From Ostrea edulis (taxonomy: Eukaryota): a DNA stretch of 64,000 nucleotides. Location: contig NC_079167.1 in NCBI RefSeq assembly GCF_947568905.1, positions 57,226,001-57,290,000 of the forward strand, in the 5' to 3' direction. The notes beneath the pieces were generated by a model that saw only the letters and a program-made list of their open reading frames with translations, searched no databases and was not told the origin of the DNA. The position numbers and the translations under genes are program-made. This document shows, piece after piece, positions 36,733 through 51,033 of this stretch. Position 1 is the first letter of the stretch. Each line of letters starts with the position of its first letter.

Positions 36733-37012
36733 ATTGAAGTCAGCATTTCGCAAATTCTACAGTCGTTGTAATTATCTAATTTGCCAATACAAACCATCAT
36801 TGGGTCAAATGCTGTCTGACGTGTTCATACCGATTGTTAGACCGTTCTTGACACACAGATTTTGACTACGGATTACTCCGTTTATCTGATAAAGACAGGG
36901 CTCACGGCGGGTGATCTCACCTCTGGTATGTCCAGGGGTGTGTGTTTGCCCAACTCCTTCTATTGTATTTCTTGTAAGAGTTATGAGATTGATCACTGTT
37001 ATCTTCACCTTT
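36733..37012 (+). mobile_element. Penelope-like (Naiad-type) 3' fragment
   Basis: Degenerate LKSAFRKFY...QY..SLGQMLSDV..TDC* followed by the same 3' UTR as the 45169 and 60668 copies, internally deleted. Confidence 0.8.
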
Positions 37013-37644
37013 ATATATACATATACATGTATATAATGTATATGTAGTTTGCAACATAACAACAGAGGGAGATAAAACCTGTTCTTATTTCTACAGGTCT
37101 ATCATTTTGGATATGATGCTATTGTATATTTTCTCACCTTCTTGTCATTCAAAATTTTAATAAAGTAGAGACTTTGAAAGAAAGAAAAAAACCAAATAGA
37201 CGAGGGAAAAACTTACCAGGTAAAAAAAAAAGATTATGCAAAAAATTACCCTTTCAATGTTTTATATCTAAATTTCTAATGTTTTTGTCTTTGATATCAT
37301 TACCAATTGCCATTTCTACATGATTCCCGTTGGGATCCGGGTTTGAAAAGGTCCTCAGTACGCCTTGCTTGTCATAAAAGGCGACTAATTGGAGTGGTCC
37401 TTTGGATAAGACCGCAAAAACCTAGACCCTGTGTCTCAGCAGGTGTGGCACGATAAAGATCCCCCTGCTCAAAGGCCGTAAGAGCCGAGTTTGCAGTCCT
37501 TCACCGGTAATGCTGACGTCTCCATATGAGTGAAAGATTCTCGACAATATTCAATCAATCATTTCCTTATGAATGTGAAGCAGTTACGAATTCCGACAGA
37601 AATGAAAGTAGAATGTAAATATAAAAATTTCAGTTTTGAAACTA

Positions 37645-37717
37645 CATGAGGGTATGAACTGCAACCGTTCACGCTGGCATACTTTTCATGAACCACATTG
37701 CAGTTCATACCCTCATG
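37645..37717. repeat. Perfect 20-bp inverted repeat, 33-nt spacer
   Basis: CATGAGGGTATGAACTGCAA at 37645-37664, reverse complement at 37698-37717. Confidence 0.92.
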
Positions 37718-38304
37718 CATTTTCAAAAAGATTATTTCTGAAATATCCCTCACAATACAATTATTAACTTTGCTTGCACTATATCACGTGTTTATTGCAA
37801 TAAAAATTGGTAATACAGAACGGAATCTGCTGCAAAAGCCGTCTTTCGGTCAAACAAACTAATTCAATTTAGACCATTTGATCCGCATACTGTTTCGCTT
37901 CTTATGAATCAATACTTGTTAGCCATTTATGTGAGCGGAATTAAGAATCTGAATTTCATTAGACTGTCTTTCGTATCTAGTATTGTTCGTCGTCTCTCTG
38001 TCTTTCAGTTTCCCCGTTCACCACACTATGAAACTTTGTAAGCTTAAGACAGTTTAGCATGTCCTTGTGTGAAGGTCGTTCAATATATACCATGATGAAA
38101 TGATGCGACACATCTGTCCTTTGGACGAGACTTTACCACACAAAAGCATTGTTCGTCAGATAGGGATTTTACGTCCACCTTATGTCGGGAGAAAAGACTT
38201 AGCCGAAAATGAGAATTTCTTCACTAACATATTATCGCCATAAATGCGTAATTATGATCTGTATATTTATCTTCATATTCTACCACTTCAACCTAGTTCT
38301 TGAG

Positions 38305-38613
38305 CTTCCGGTTGCGGCGGCTTAGTGGTTAGAGCGTTCGCATCATGACCGGTTGGTCGAGGGTTCGAGCCATGGCCGTGTCAAATCTAAGACGTAAGAA
38401 GCGGAGTGTAATTGCTCCTTTGCCAAACGTTCGTCATTAAGAATTGAGACCAATGGCCTTAAAAATCAATGTCCCATGTCGCGACAGGCGTTGGCACGAT
38501 GAAGATCCCTCTCTGTTACGGCCCTGAGCGTCATGCGTAGGACAACATTTGTGGCACTTCACCTATGGTTGGTGACTTCTCAATATGAGTGAAAATTATC
38601 GAAGAGACATTAA
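38305..38613 (+). mobile_element. Near full-length tRNA-derived SINE whose tail is interrupted at TTAA
   Basis: A-box ggcttagtggttagagcg, B-box ggttcgagcc, body matching the 23445 family; tail resumes as caaccaa after 38947. Confidence 0.75.
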
Positions 38614-38947
38614 GGAGGTACTCTACATCGTCATAATGGCTGACTTCCTTTTTAAAACATGGATGAAAATATAAATATCAGCAATATTTGTCTATTCATT
38701 TCAAATATCAATGCCTAGATAAGTAGCTCAGTAGGTTAGCATGTCGACTACTGAACTGTAAATCGCTGATTTAAGACCAGCAGGGCTTTTAAAAAAAAAT
38801 TCAGATTGTTTTCTACATAAACTGTCTTTTTTAACTAAACAAAGTAAATTTGAAAGTTTTCCAATTTCAAATTTCAAAAAAATATTGTTGCACATATTCT
38901 CCACTTTTCATCCATATCAAATTTCTTTGGTGAGCATTCCTCCTTAA
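38610..38947. mobile_element. Kolobok-like non-autonomous transposon with internal tRNA-like cassette, copy 2
   Basis: TTAA at 38610-38613 and 38944-38947 flanks GGAGGTACTCT...AGCATTCCTCC; A-box-like tagctcagtagg at 38724-38735. Confidence 0.78.
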
Positions 38948-40956
38948 CAACCAAATCCTTCCTGTCTGAAATATAACCTTGATGACAGCAACCTTCATGA
39001 CATCTTATTAGAATGATCGTCTGTGACACCCTTACTCTTGGTGGGTGGTAAACATGCGTTACAACAGGACAGCTGCAATCGTCTTTAACAAGGCCACATT
39101 TATTTTTGTGTTAACAAGTAATCAAACGTATTTTCACGATACCGATCAATTTTAAAGAAACATTACAGCTCATTATCACATAATAAGGAGAGGGAGCTCA
39201 TTATCACATAATGAGGAGAGGGAGGGATATAAACTGTATAATTGCCGAAGACTGAAAACGATTGATCGCACGAAATAGCTCTTAGAACTTTTATGTTTAT
39301 ACAAGACAACTGATTGCGCGCCACTTTCTTATCAGACTGGCAGTGGGAGTAAGGGTAAGAGAAAAAAAAATGAATGATTCACAATAGATGATAGACAATG
39401 GAAGTAATATTACTTTGGTCCTGCAACACTTGGCAATTGGGCCATGGATTTCATTGTTTTAAAAAATTAGTCTGATAGAAATATTTAATGTGTTCAGCAA
39501 AGGTGTTATGATGCATTTTTACTCTTCGTGTTTAAGAATATTTACCCAGTCATGTCATAGACTTGGAGGAGATCGCAGCAAAAGAGATGCTAAAACGAAC
39601 TCGCACGTATTTTTAAAATAAATAAATAAATAAATTTTATTTATTTATTTTTGAATTTTTTTTTAATACATTTTCGGAAAATAGCTCAAGACACTAGGGC
39701 CTAATTAATGGTCATCCAATTCCCACAATAGTACAGGTACTTTTACGTCCGTTAGGTTTCTCTCATAATTATCGCCTTTACAAATTGTGAGGATAGACAT
39801 TTCCTCCTGAATGCGCTGCAGTTGTAAACAATGCGGGTATGAATACTATTTGAAAAATAAAGTACGTCTATTCGATCGGTTTGGATTTCCGATGGAAATG
39901 AAAATAAAATGTTAATATAGAAAATAAATTTCATTTTGAAAACACATGTATGTATGAACTACCTCGCTAGTTTAACGGTAACGCCCCTCATGAAGTATAC
40001 CTGTGTGAGGTATCGCAGTTCACATCCTCGTTTTCTAATAGAAGTTCCCATCCTTTATAAAAGGACTGGATTACGTGGATCATAGGTATGTGTTCCTAAC
40101 ACAAACCTAAAATATTCTCGGTTGAGATAAAACTGTATTTTAAAACAGATTTTTAAAAAATAATAATCTTGAAACATGCAAATATTTCATCATATTTTCA
40201 ATATCTTATTGCTAGAGTTACTGATATATTGGCCAAATGGATATGAAATATTTGTAGCTTTGAGTCATCCTTGTATTTCATCTTAACCTTAAAGTTCATA
40301 TTCAAGGGGACACAATGTTATAAATCTGGCAACAAAATATGGATGCTCACAAGCTTGAATATCGATTTTCGTTTCAAAAGCTCAATGTAACTTCACAGAA
40401 GATGTGAACAAAAAAATATTACTTCCTTTGACGAGCGTTGCTGATGTGAATATGTTGCCGTGTAACTATGTAGGAATGGATAAATCAGATTCCATAACAT
40501 TAATCATCTTTATAAAGAACACAAAAATCTGTTTTTATAACCAGAGCATTTTTGGCCCCCGCCGCAACGCGAAAGGGGACATAGAAATACCAGTATCAGT
40601 GCGTCCGCGTGTCTGTCCGTCCCACTTGACTTTGTGGACGCAACTCCTCCAAAATCGCTCAACGGATTTTGTTCAAATTTCGTAGGATTGTTAGTCACCA
40701 TATGTAGTTGATCATATTGCACCACCATTTTAATTCAACAAATTTTATAGGAGTTTCGGAATTTTTGTGGTTCAACTTTTTTTGTGGCGGCTGGGGGCAT
40801 ACAGTGTATGGGTGCGCGTAGTAATCTTGTTTTTCTAATCCTCTTGACACTTGTTTTTGAAACATTGCTGATTTCGATAAACATGTACACGGGCATTCGC
40901 AAGCTGAACCCCTCCGTGCAGTCTATAAATAAAAGTCGCGTCACCAAGCTCCTGTG

Positions 40957-41038
40957 CAATCGGAACATCGCTCGGTCTTTTCCGTATAGTCGAGACGATA
41001 CTCAACTTGACGGAAAAGGCCGAGCGATGTTCCAATTG
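40957..41038. repeat. 29-bp GC-rich inverted repeat (27/29), 24-nt loop
   Basis: 40957-40985 versus 41010-41038. Confidence 0.92.
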
Positions 41039-43839
41039 GCTCCAGTGAAAATCTGTGCATGCACAAGCTGAATTTCCCCCACAGCATCCGGTTTAATTCG
41101 CTTACCGGTATATATTTTCTGCGTGGATCTCGGGGTCCACGCAGTGAAATTCATTTCTTAATAGTAACTTGCCCGTTCGTCTAGCACCTGTCAGGGGGTG
41201 TGGCACTTAACCTACACGTGGTGACGTTCCTATATGAGTAAAAATTTCTGAAATGTTTGTTGTTTTACGTCCCATTCGCGAATTTTTCACATACACAAGC
41301 GGTCTCGTGCATGGCGCTCAGGATTGTAGCCATGAGGGATCTTTATCTTGCCAACGCCTACAATGACACGGGGTCTCTGTTTCAAGGTCTCATCCAAAAC
41401 ACCCATGACTTTCACATCTAATGCCGGGCATAATCACTATCTAAGTTACACGTCTAAAGTTTTACGCAGCCGTCGGAGAAGCTTATAGCAACACAAGGAC
41501 AGGTTCCGGAGGGGACATCAAATCGATGTATATTTAGTGGACAAAGTATTTTATTTATTACGAACTTCCTACTTTCCATGGAATTCCAAATTTCTAATAG
41601 CCCCGAGGAATAAATGCATAATTTTCTGTAGGATTGATAATACATTATTGTAATGAGTGCAGCATTAGACATGTATCTGATGCATATCAGGTACATTTTA
41701 TGCTTATATTTTATTCACGAGAGAACTCATCGAGAGAATTAAGCACATTTAATATCCATAGATGCATTTGCTGGATTTATGCTGTTCAAAATATTATTTC
41801 TTTCTGATTTATGAAGTTGATAAGAATGTAACAAAAAACTCATTTGTAGCTAAATACATCGGTGGCAGGGATAAGTGTCAGGCTGAGCTGGTGACCTTTT
41901 CCTGCTCTTTCGTCAGCTAGTTAGCTCTATCATCATTCAAATGCTTGCCACAGTGCCTTACTGGTGTTTTTTGATATGCACTTTGAGATAAATAAATTAC
42001 TAATGACAGTAATGTTACGTTGACGAGACGGACTACTGTGCATAGTGTGCAAAACTATGCAAATCACTGCAGGATCTTTAATCTAAAATAATCTAATGAT
42101 TTGTGAGTGACTAAATAAAGAGACAGTCATTATCCCCTCGCAGCTTTATTCGTAGGATACTAATATTCTGAAAATTAAATACCCATGATCATTGACTATT
42201 TCAGTCTTCCAAGACTTCGACAAACCACAGACATTGTAAATATTTCCGAGTTGTTTTATTGTGCATGAAACGAGTATTTCTGAGTGAGCATCATGTCTAG
42301 TATGGACATGGAAATCTTTACATCTTAGAATACACAATAGCAATCTCTATGACATGCACACTATTTGACTTTCGGAGGGAAGTCTGGATTCGATCCCAGG
42401 CCACAACGCTGAGTCGTTCATGTTGGTAGCGATTGTTTCGGATGATACATGTATTTGGACTTCCCAAATACTCTATAACATTGCCTTCTCTGAGCCTACT
42501 TGTGATCGAATCGGGTGACTTTTTGGAATCTTAAATTTTATAACTTAAGTATTACAGTTTTTGCGAAGTTTGATGTGGGGAATGTAACAACATTAGAGAA
42601 AGCTGTTGGACAGTTATTTTTCTTAATTTTTTTTTACATTTTGAACTGTAGTGCAAAATATTAAATGACAGCTTAACACGTAGGTAACCCACCACACATA
42701 TTCCTTCGAAACTAGCAATTGCTCCACAAAGCAGGCCTTTGCATCCGTTTGCAAGGTAGAATACTGTAAGACAAATTCCCAACTAATGATATTGAAATCA
42801 TCAAACAGTTCCATTATAGTGACCTTGGCATTTTAAGTGTAAAACTGTGTCCTTGGAAATGCATTTAAAATCGAATACAGAACGCAAGTTTATTAAGAAA
42901 TATCTCTTCCAGTGACCTTGACATTTCTTCTTAAAATAATAGGGTTCAAGATCTTTATGCAAAGTTTTATTCCCGAGACTTAAATTTTGCATACACAATG
43001 CAGTTCAGTTTCCTCTTGGCCATGGAAATCAATAGGAATCCATATGTTTATGCAAAGCACCATTCCTGTAAGTTGTCATTTTGGTTTTTACGTTCCTTTC
43101 GAGAATGTTTTAATCTTGTATAAGATGTCACCAGCTTTACATAAATTGTCACAAGGCTAGGTCTATGCTAGGTGCATTAGGCTATTAACGGGGAAGGTTA
43201 TTTGTTATGCCAACGCCTACCGTGACACATAATTTGCCAAGTTGCAATGAAGTCGAACTTGGGACATGATATGACAGCGAATGACATCCGAATGTCTGGG
43301 CATAAAACACTTTTCTTTCAATATCAAGTATCGTTTGAGCTTTACCAATGAGACTTACATGATCAATCTTCATGATTATACTCTTCGCATACAAAGTTTT
43401 AGATATACTTATATACACAGGGGCTCGTCTTCCGGATTGTCGAAAATAAAAAAAATAAATAATTAAAAATATGAATCTTCTTGAAGTTGTTTTGATAAGG
43501 ATGCCGACACGTTTCGGCAATTTATACATCGTTTAAATTATACCCCCTGCAAGTGGTATCATATCAATACAAGGGACGAAAGTCGCCATCTTGGAAAAAA
43601 ATACCCCCACTCAGTTTAACACCTTTTTTGTACTCCAAGCTAACAATTTATTTGAATATCGTGGCAAAATTCACTGCAGCGATGATTTTCCAAAATGATG
43701 ATTTACATGTACCTGCCGCCGGTTGACACGCGTTCCATCAAATGAAAACACACACGATTTCAACTATTTTGAGGACCATCTCCAATCTCATATCGTTTGA
43801 TAAAAGTATTTTATATGTATAGTTGCTTGTTAGTGCTTT

Positions 43840-44015
43840 GTCTTTTCGTTATTTCGGGGCGAAAAGACGACCGAAAAATTTGCGTCTTTTGTCTCGAAAT
43901 AACGAAAAGACGACGGAACGTAAAGACGACAAAATCTAGGAGAAAAGACGACATATTCGATCTGCAATTTATAGCGATTTCATTTTTGCCATCTTCTCGT
44001 CTTTTCGCTCTTCTG
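43840..44015. repeat. Cluster of CGAAAAGACGA / TCGTCTTTTCG motifs in both orientations
   Basis: aaagacga occurs four times and gtctttt three times within about 175 bp; probably a transposon internal repeat. Confidence 0.6.
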
Positions 44016-44249
44016 TCGATTTTTTTTTTTACAATCATTGTGATCAGCTCTTTGGACTAATTCGTTTCCTAGATAACAAATTGAATAGCAAACCACCAAC
44101 ACTAAACATGTAATTTGCAGCGTAAATGCGTTTGAGGGTTTTGTGCTAGCTTTTAGTACATCTTTTATAATCTTTAGCCAGCCTGTGTAAAACTTTTTCG
44201 TTTGTACTGAGGAAGGGATAGGTGGTCACGAAAATTTGACAATCTAATT

Positions 44250-46015
44250 GTTCGTGTCGTTGGTTATTTTGATGCTTTATATAATTGTTGCCCCCGAGAT
44301 TGAAAATCGGGGGCATATTGTTTTCCTGTCTAAAACTTTAATCTTGCTCATAACTTATGAAGGATGAAGAGTAAGGCTCTCATATTTCTTATGTGTATTC
44401 CTTGTGACAAGCACTTTCTGTTTGTAGCAAATTCTTTGACCTTGTGATCTTGGAGTTTGACCTACTATTTAGAAAGGTTAACCTAGGCAATATCTCCTGA
44501 AATATTCAAATTAGTAGAGCTTTCATATTTTGTATGTAAATTTTTAATGACATGGTTTCATTGATATGTTTGGTAGACCACATATAGTCCGCTCAATCTC
44601 TTGAGAACCATTCACTTGATCGTAATGATAATTCATATGTAGGTCATTCATGACTAGAAGAGGACCCCTGTTGATTTTCAGATCAAACGGTCAAAGGTGA
44701 ATTCACTTTGGACATAGGAAGATACTGTTCGCTCAATATCTTGAGAGCCCTTTCCTTGAAAGACATCAAAAACTTGGTACATAGTGAGGAATAGATGACT
44801 TCTATTGATTTTGAGGTCACATTATCAAACATCAAATTGGACATAGGAATATATTGTCTGCTCAATATCTTGAGAACCCTTTGCTTGACAGACATCAAAC
44901 TTGGTACACTGGTACATCGTAAGAACTAGATGACCCCTATCAATTTTGGGTTCACATGGTCAAGGGTCAAACTGGACATAGTAATATATTGTCTCCTATA
45001 TATTAAAAACCATTTGCTTGATTGGCATCAAACTTAGCACACTGATTGACACCAAACTTGGTACACTGGTACATTATAAGGAGTAAATGACTTCTATTGA
45101 TTTTTAGGCCAAGGGTTAACCCTCTCTGGACATAGGAAGATATTGTTTGCTCAATGAAATGTGAAGTATGAAAGGTGAAGATAACGAACAGTGATCAATC
45201 TCATAACTCCTATAAGCAATACAAAATAGATAGTTAGGCAAACACGGACCCCTGGACACACCAGAGGTGGAATCAGGTGCCTAAAAGAAGTAAGCATCCC
45301 CTGTCGATCGGTCACACCCGCCGTGTGCCCTATATCCTGATCAGGTAAACGGATTTATCCGTAGTCAAAATAAGTGTGCCAGGAACGGCCTAATAATCGG
45401 TATGAAACACGTCAGACAGCATTTGACCCAATGATAGGTTGTATTGACGAACTATATCGTTATAACGACCATAGAATTTGCAAAATGTTGACTTCAATCG
45501 AGACTGTTGAAACCCCTGTACCATCAACTTGTTTGTCAGTAGCTTACCTCGATTTAAAAACCGACTATACGTAGAACAAGCTCTTGCGTATCGAATCAAT
45601 ATGGCTTTACTATCAATTAATTGATGCATATAACTCTTGAATTTTGCACCACAAGGGGCATATGTGTTTTACAAACATTTCTTGTGTATATAGATTTCGT
45701 ATTATAAAGACCTTGCATATGATACCATATTTCACTTTGTGACCTTTGAGTCTAACCAAAATTTGAAATCTTTAACCTTGCTCACAACTTTTGAATAGTG
45801 AGTGATAGGGGTCTTGTATTTCATTTTGTCATTCCTTGTGACAAGACCTTTCTTTTAGAGCCAACTCTTTTTGATCTTGTGACCCTGACTTTGGAATTTG
45901 GCCTACTTTAAAGAAACGTTAATTTAGACAGTATCACCCGAACTTTCCTTATGACAAGACCTTTCATTTCTTTCTTTGTTGCCATTGGGGGCACATTGTT
46001 TCACAAACACATCTT
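44250..46015. mobile_element. Helentron-like repeat cluster (ggacataggaa.atattg..tgctcaata monomers) interrupted by the Penelope-like copy
   Basis: Repeated ttggacataggaa...ctcaatatcttgaga.ccctttgcttga..gacatcaaacttggtaca; ends ggggcatatgtgttttacaaaca...cttgt at about 45655-45685 and 45985-46017. Confidence 0.6.
45169..45598 (-). mobile_element. Penelope-like (Naiad-type) 3' fragment
   Basis: Open frame LIRYARACSTYSRFLNRGKLLTNKLMVQGFQQSRLKSTFCKFYGRYND...DVFHTDY* plus ~220-bp 3' UTR, highly similar to 60668-61100. Confidence 0.85.
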
Positions 46016-48327
46016 GTATTTGACCTTATAACAACTTTGTTGATCCGACACTATAGGACACCAGCTTTTAATGATATGATAGGATCTGCTCCAAAAACGT
46101 TTCAGATACAAGTTAACGTTATTGCACTTTAGTTGTAAACAAAAATGTCTGATCAGCTTTCGTTTGGAAAGCTCTGGTGCCGTTTCAATATCATATTTAT
46201 TAAGTATCAATTAATTCTTCTTATATTTCGACCTTGACCTAGAGTGAAAGATTAGCAATTACAGGAAATTTTCCTCACAATTTGAAATCATCGATGTAAT
46301 TAGATGAACGGTTAAAAACGTGCGTAACTGTCTTATCGCTCGCATGCATCAGTGCCAATAATGCTTCAATGTCTAAACATGACGAAAAAATAAATTCTTG
46401 ACATGAAACAACTGAAATATGGTTTACCTATATAATAGAGGCGTTATTGAACTTACAATGGTGAATATTGGCACTCGTTGAGTATAAACTTCGCTCACAA
46501 TTTTGCGAATTTTCGAACTCAAGTCCGTCAACATTTATCCCCCCCCCTCTCTCTCTCTCGCAAGACCAATAAAAGTTAACGTACAACAGAGCCGGAATAG
46601 CTATATTTATCGGAGTCAACAAATTTCATATCTCTCCTAGAATTTTTAACTCTTATTTTTGGCAAAGAGATGTGAACACGCGCGTGGATATTTGATGTAG
46701 TGGCAGTTACGCGCCAAGTGCGCTACATAGACCACAGCCATTTAGTATTCATGTAGCAAAGTTAGATATTGGTCTATATAGCGTTCTGTGCTGGTGCTAG
46801 AAAAGATGCATGCGTTGGTCCTTCGGCACTGGAGCTAGTCAAAAGGCATAAAGTAAAAAAGCTATTTGGGCTCATAATGAAACAAAGCGTCATTGTGCTC
46901 TGATCTCGTAAAGCTGATTTAGCGGTTTGATGCCCAGATACGGCAGCTATATTAACCCTTTCTACTCTGGACTCTGTCTGAGGGCTCTATGTACAAGAGC
47001 GCTCTTGAGAGTGAGATACATTCTAGCTTGGGCACTAGTATCGTATGCATAACTGAATATATTGTGTTTTGGATTGTGAGCGTTTTCTTCAAGCCATTGG
47101 GGGGGGGGGGTTAAAGACAGATGTTTTTTTAAAGGATTAAAACATTTTCACTATATGAGCGTTAAAGCTCCGCCCTTAGCACCAGGACCCCTGATCCAGG
47201 AGCGATGAATTTCACAATTCTGGTAAAGGCAGGAACGATGAATTTCACAATTCTGGTAAAGGCACACATGCTCATCATGACTATACGCGCACTTTGTTAC
47301 TTTTTTACTAGATGCTATAATTTAAGGAGTTTTGATCTCCAACTTAGCACCAGATCAACTGACCCAGGAGCCATGTATATCAACATTTTGGATAGAAGAC
47401 TCTTCAATATTTATATGTACATATACTCAGTTTAGTTGTTAATGCTCACGAGTTGAGGAGAACATTTTATAAGAAATAACATTTTTACTACTGAATATTT
47501 AAGCCATAAAGTACCACGTTAGCACTAGAACTCCTGACTCGGAGACCAAGAATTTCACAACGTTGGTAGAAGCTTCCATGCTTGTTGACTGTACGTACAC
47601 ACTTTGTCTGCTAGATACCCCTGTGTAAAGAAGATTTTCAAAGATCGCATCATTTTTAAGGTTTTGACCCCCACCCCACAGGCCCCAGGGGAGAAGTAAC
47701 CATGAAATTCACAAATCCATTTATGTTTCATACATAATAAAATATTGTTTAAATAAAAAAAAAATTCACAAATTTACACCTAAGTTTTCCATAACAAATA
47801 TGAAAAATGGTCTTGTACCGTCAATGAAAAGAGGATTGATTTAAATGTTAACGGACGACGACGGACAACTACATGTACCAGTCGCAATAGGTCGCACGAG
47901 TGACCCAGGGGACCTAAAAATAGCATGTCTGTCAGACCAATTCACAGAAGTTCTTTTTTTCTTGGGGGATGGTTGGGTTAGAATTGGAGACATATCAACG
48001 ATGATTTTTATTATTTACATGATATCAATATAGTGTAAGTCCTCTATTTAACAGACACTAATATTTCATGGTGACCTACATACATATATTCCTTGAATAA
48101 ATAGAGCTAGTTTCCAACACACTGTCATACAAACGAATCAATCTAAAGGATCACATGGTTATATCAAAATTCACATTTCTTTGGACGTCACGAACGATAT
48201 CCATCCATATGATTCTCCGTTACTACGGAGAAGTTGACAAAATAATCGGGTTAAATCATCAATCATTATTATCATTGCAATCTTGAACCAATTATGCTTT
48301 CGAAGAATCTGAGTTGTATATTAAATT

Positions 48328-48545
48328 TCATCCATATTTCTCTTGGGGATTTTGTGCCTTCCTTATCGACGACGCTTTGCTCCAGCTCTGCTTTGATGAT
48401 ACAGTGTTCATTTCGTATCTTTCGGTTCTGGGAAGGGAACTTTTGTTCTTTGATGACGTCATAACCGACGGTACTCGAATTTTTTTACTGGTACATTTAC
48501 ACCTGGAGAGGCGTAGCACCGACTGGAACTCCTTCCGAAATTTTG
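48328..48545 (-). CDS. Orexin/allatotropin-type GPCR, last exon (AKFRKEFQSVLRLSRCKC...NPQEKYG*)
   Basis: Acceptor atttcatgcag, phase 1, TGA at 48330-48328. Continues NPFIYNFMS into helix 8 (KFRKEF) with distal Cys residues. Confidence 0.9.
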
Positions 48546-50478
48546 CTGCATGAAATAAAACAATGAAGGAAATAAGTCAAATTACATGTTAATTCTACCT
48601 CCGACTGTCTCCATTAAAGCTGAGATTTAATAGAGGACAAATACCCCCACATGGCTTATTCCTACACATGGACATACTAAATGAAATCAGTTATTTCCTC
48701 TAATAACAGATGGATACGGAAATGCTGAAACCAATAAAACCCAAAAAGTTGTTTGTTCAGGGGGATACTGACAGAATGTACAGAAATATCAATGAAAAAT
48801 AGCAACAAATTACCTTAATTTACTCAAAATTGAACGAATCAGTCTGAAAATGCCAGAAGCACATATCTACATACTAGATATATACAGCATTTTAACACAT
48901 GGTAAAAAAGACATGAGCAGTCTCCGGGCAAAATACTTTGATGGACGGATGAAGTGAAACCAATACCCCAAAAAACTTCATTTGCGAGGGGAGAGTTTAA
49001 CAAGCTTAAAGTTTACAAAACCAGAATTACCAATACATTTAAAACGATATAAAAAGTGTAAAATGTAAAAGATTGATTAATATCTGTTAGCATTTAGTAA
49101 GCTTCATATGCTTTCCTGAAGCCCATCTATAAACATTTCACTACGTTGAATGCGAGTTTATCAAAAACTAGATAAAAACAAGTCCGGTGTATTTCATAGA
49201 GAATTTACGAATGACATGTGAATTGCCTGAGTAGATAGCAGGTTTGAGATAATTCACGAAACAGAATTTCAGATGATAATGTTTTAACTATTCGATGTAA
49301 ATCTATATAATGTAGATGTACCAAAACAAGTTAGACAGGGATTTATTTGTGTGTTGTTTTAGGTTCCATTCGAGAATGTTTCACTCGTACAGAGACGTCA
49401 TTAACTTTGAAGTGCCACAAATTTTGACCCATGCTTGGCGCTCAAGACTGTAGCAGCGAGGGTTAGTCACGTGCCGAAAACCTGCCACAACATTTAAAGT
49501 CTTATCCTATACAAAATTCACATTGTATCATTGCAAATAGAAAGTCTATACTTAGAATCATTTATATTATATCAAGTAACAAAGGATTTGATTGAAGAAT
49601 ACTTGTAGTATATTTTAGTGATAGTGACCATATCATTATGTATCCCAGTACTAGCACCCGACATGTACATCATGTAGGAATTATTGTCGCAAGTTGATTA
49701 CAGACAGACTGGTAACGAACAATAGTTCTTTGAAAATTTAACCTGTGAAAAAGAGGGACACTTCATCTACAATGTTGAGGAATGCTAATATATCATCGTA
49801 ATATATAATATATTATCGTAATACTTTGGCAATCCTTCAAGATGACCGTATATAGTCCTCCATACCGATATTTCATATCTGTGGTGATGTTGATTTTCAG
49901 ATTAGGTTTTTGATTAACGAACGCGACAAGTTCAAGCGAGAAGATTTAGCAAATGTTTTGTTTCGAATATTATTACTATTCAATCAATAGAATCAAAGGT
50001 AGGCAGGTTTATTTTTTGATATCCCGTTTAAAAGAAATCGCATGCTAGTCATAAGTCCATTTATAGTACTTGTAGACAATAGACAAATCACCACTTCTTT
50101 CCTTCACTTCCTGAAATTGTCTTATTCCGTATATCTTCTGTGCATTTCTATACTAGGACGGTAACTGATTTTTGATCATCATATTCTGACGGATCGACCC
50201 GCTTGTCACTCAGTGTTACATTTTGTACTAATGTTGGTGTAGTTGAAATTGAATATCTAAAACAATCTTAAACTCGCTTTACCTATTGTTTCATCATAGC
50301 AAATGGGCAAATTAATAAAAAAAAATTGTGTTTGGAAATTAGATACCGACCCTCCTCAAATGTTTTACCGGCAGGTAATTAGACAGGAATTTGTGAGTTT
50401 TTAAAAATAACATCTGCCTCCAGTGAAGCTAAGGTTAATAACAATGCCAAGGAAGTCTTTTTGATGATAATCTAAAAA

Positions 50479-50576
50479 TACTACGGCTTTCCTATTCAAA
50501 CCCTCTCCTATAGCACTGGTATTCAGCTACTACGGCTTTCCTATTCAAACCCTCTCCTATAGCACTGGTATTCAGC
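50479..50576. repeat. Perfect 49-bp tandem duplication in the last GPCR intron
   Basis: 50479-50527 equals 50528-50576. Confidence 0.95.
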
Positions 50577-50914
50577 TGTGAATTGAAGTGGCCTGAATGT
50601 GTGTCATGTTTTTGTCACAAAAATCATACATCGATTTATTAAATGAAACAAGATTCTATGGTCAGTAATCAAAATTAATCATACTTTTCCCAGATGAAAT
50701 GCGGGCGGTAGATGATGGAAGAGCATCTAAGGTTTTTGGTGGTTTTTATTACATAGGACAGATATACTGCCAGAAAACCAATTAAAGATGGTTTTTGTTT
50801 TACTTTCTTGCACGATTGCATCGTTTGTTGATAAAAGAGGAATGAAACAGACTTTGCACTTTAGATACAACGAAGATGTGAGTGATTAAAATGAGATAAT
50901 TACAATATACATAC

Positions 50915-51033
50915 CGCTCATGAAGTTGTAGATGAAAGGGTTCACCACACTGTTAGCATAGCAAAGGATATGCGAGGTGAGTACTATGATCGATATCCAT
51001 TTGGCTGGGATTTCACCAAACGATGCTGTGTAC
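50915..51033 (-). CDS. GPCR TM7 exon (RYTASFGEIPAKWISIIVLTSHILCYANSVVNPFIYNFMS)
   Basis: Acceptor ctcttgcag, donor G|gtatgt, 119 nt, phases 2 to 1. NPxxY motif; SH.L.YANS.VNP.IYNFMS is typical of orexin/allatotropin receptors. Confidence 0.95.
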
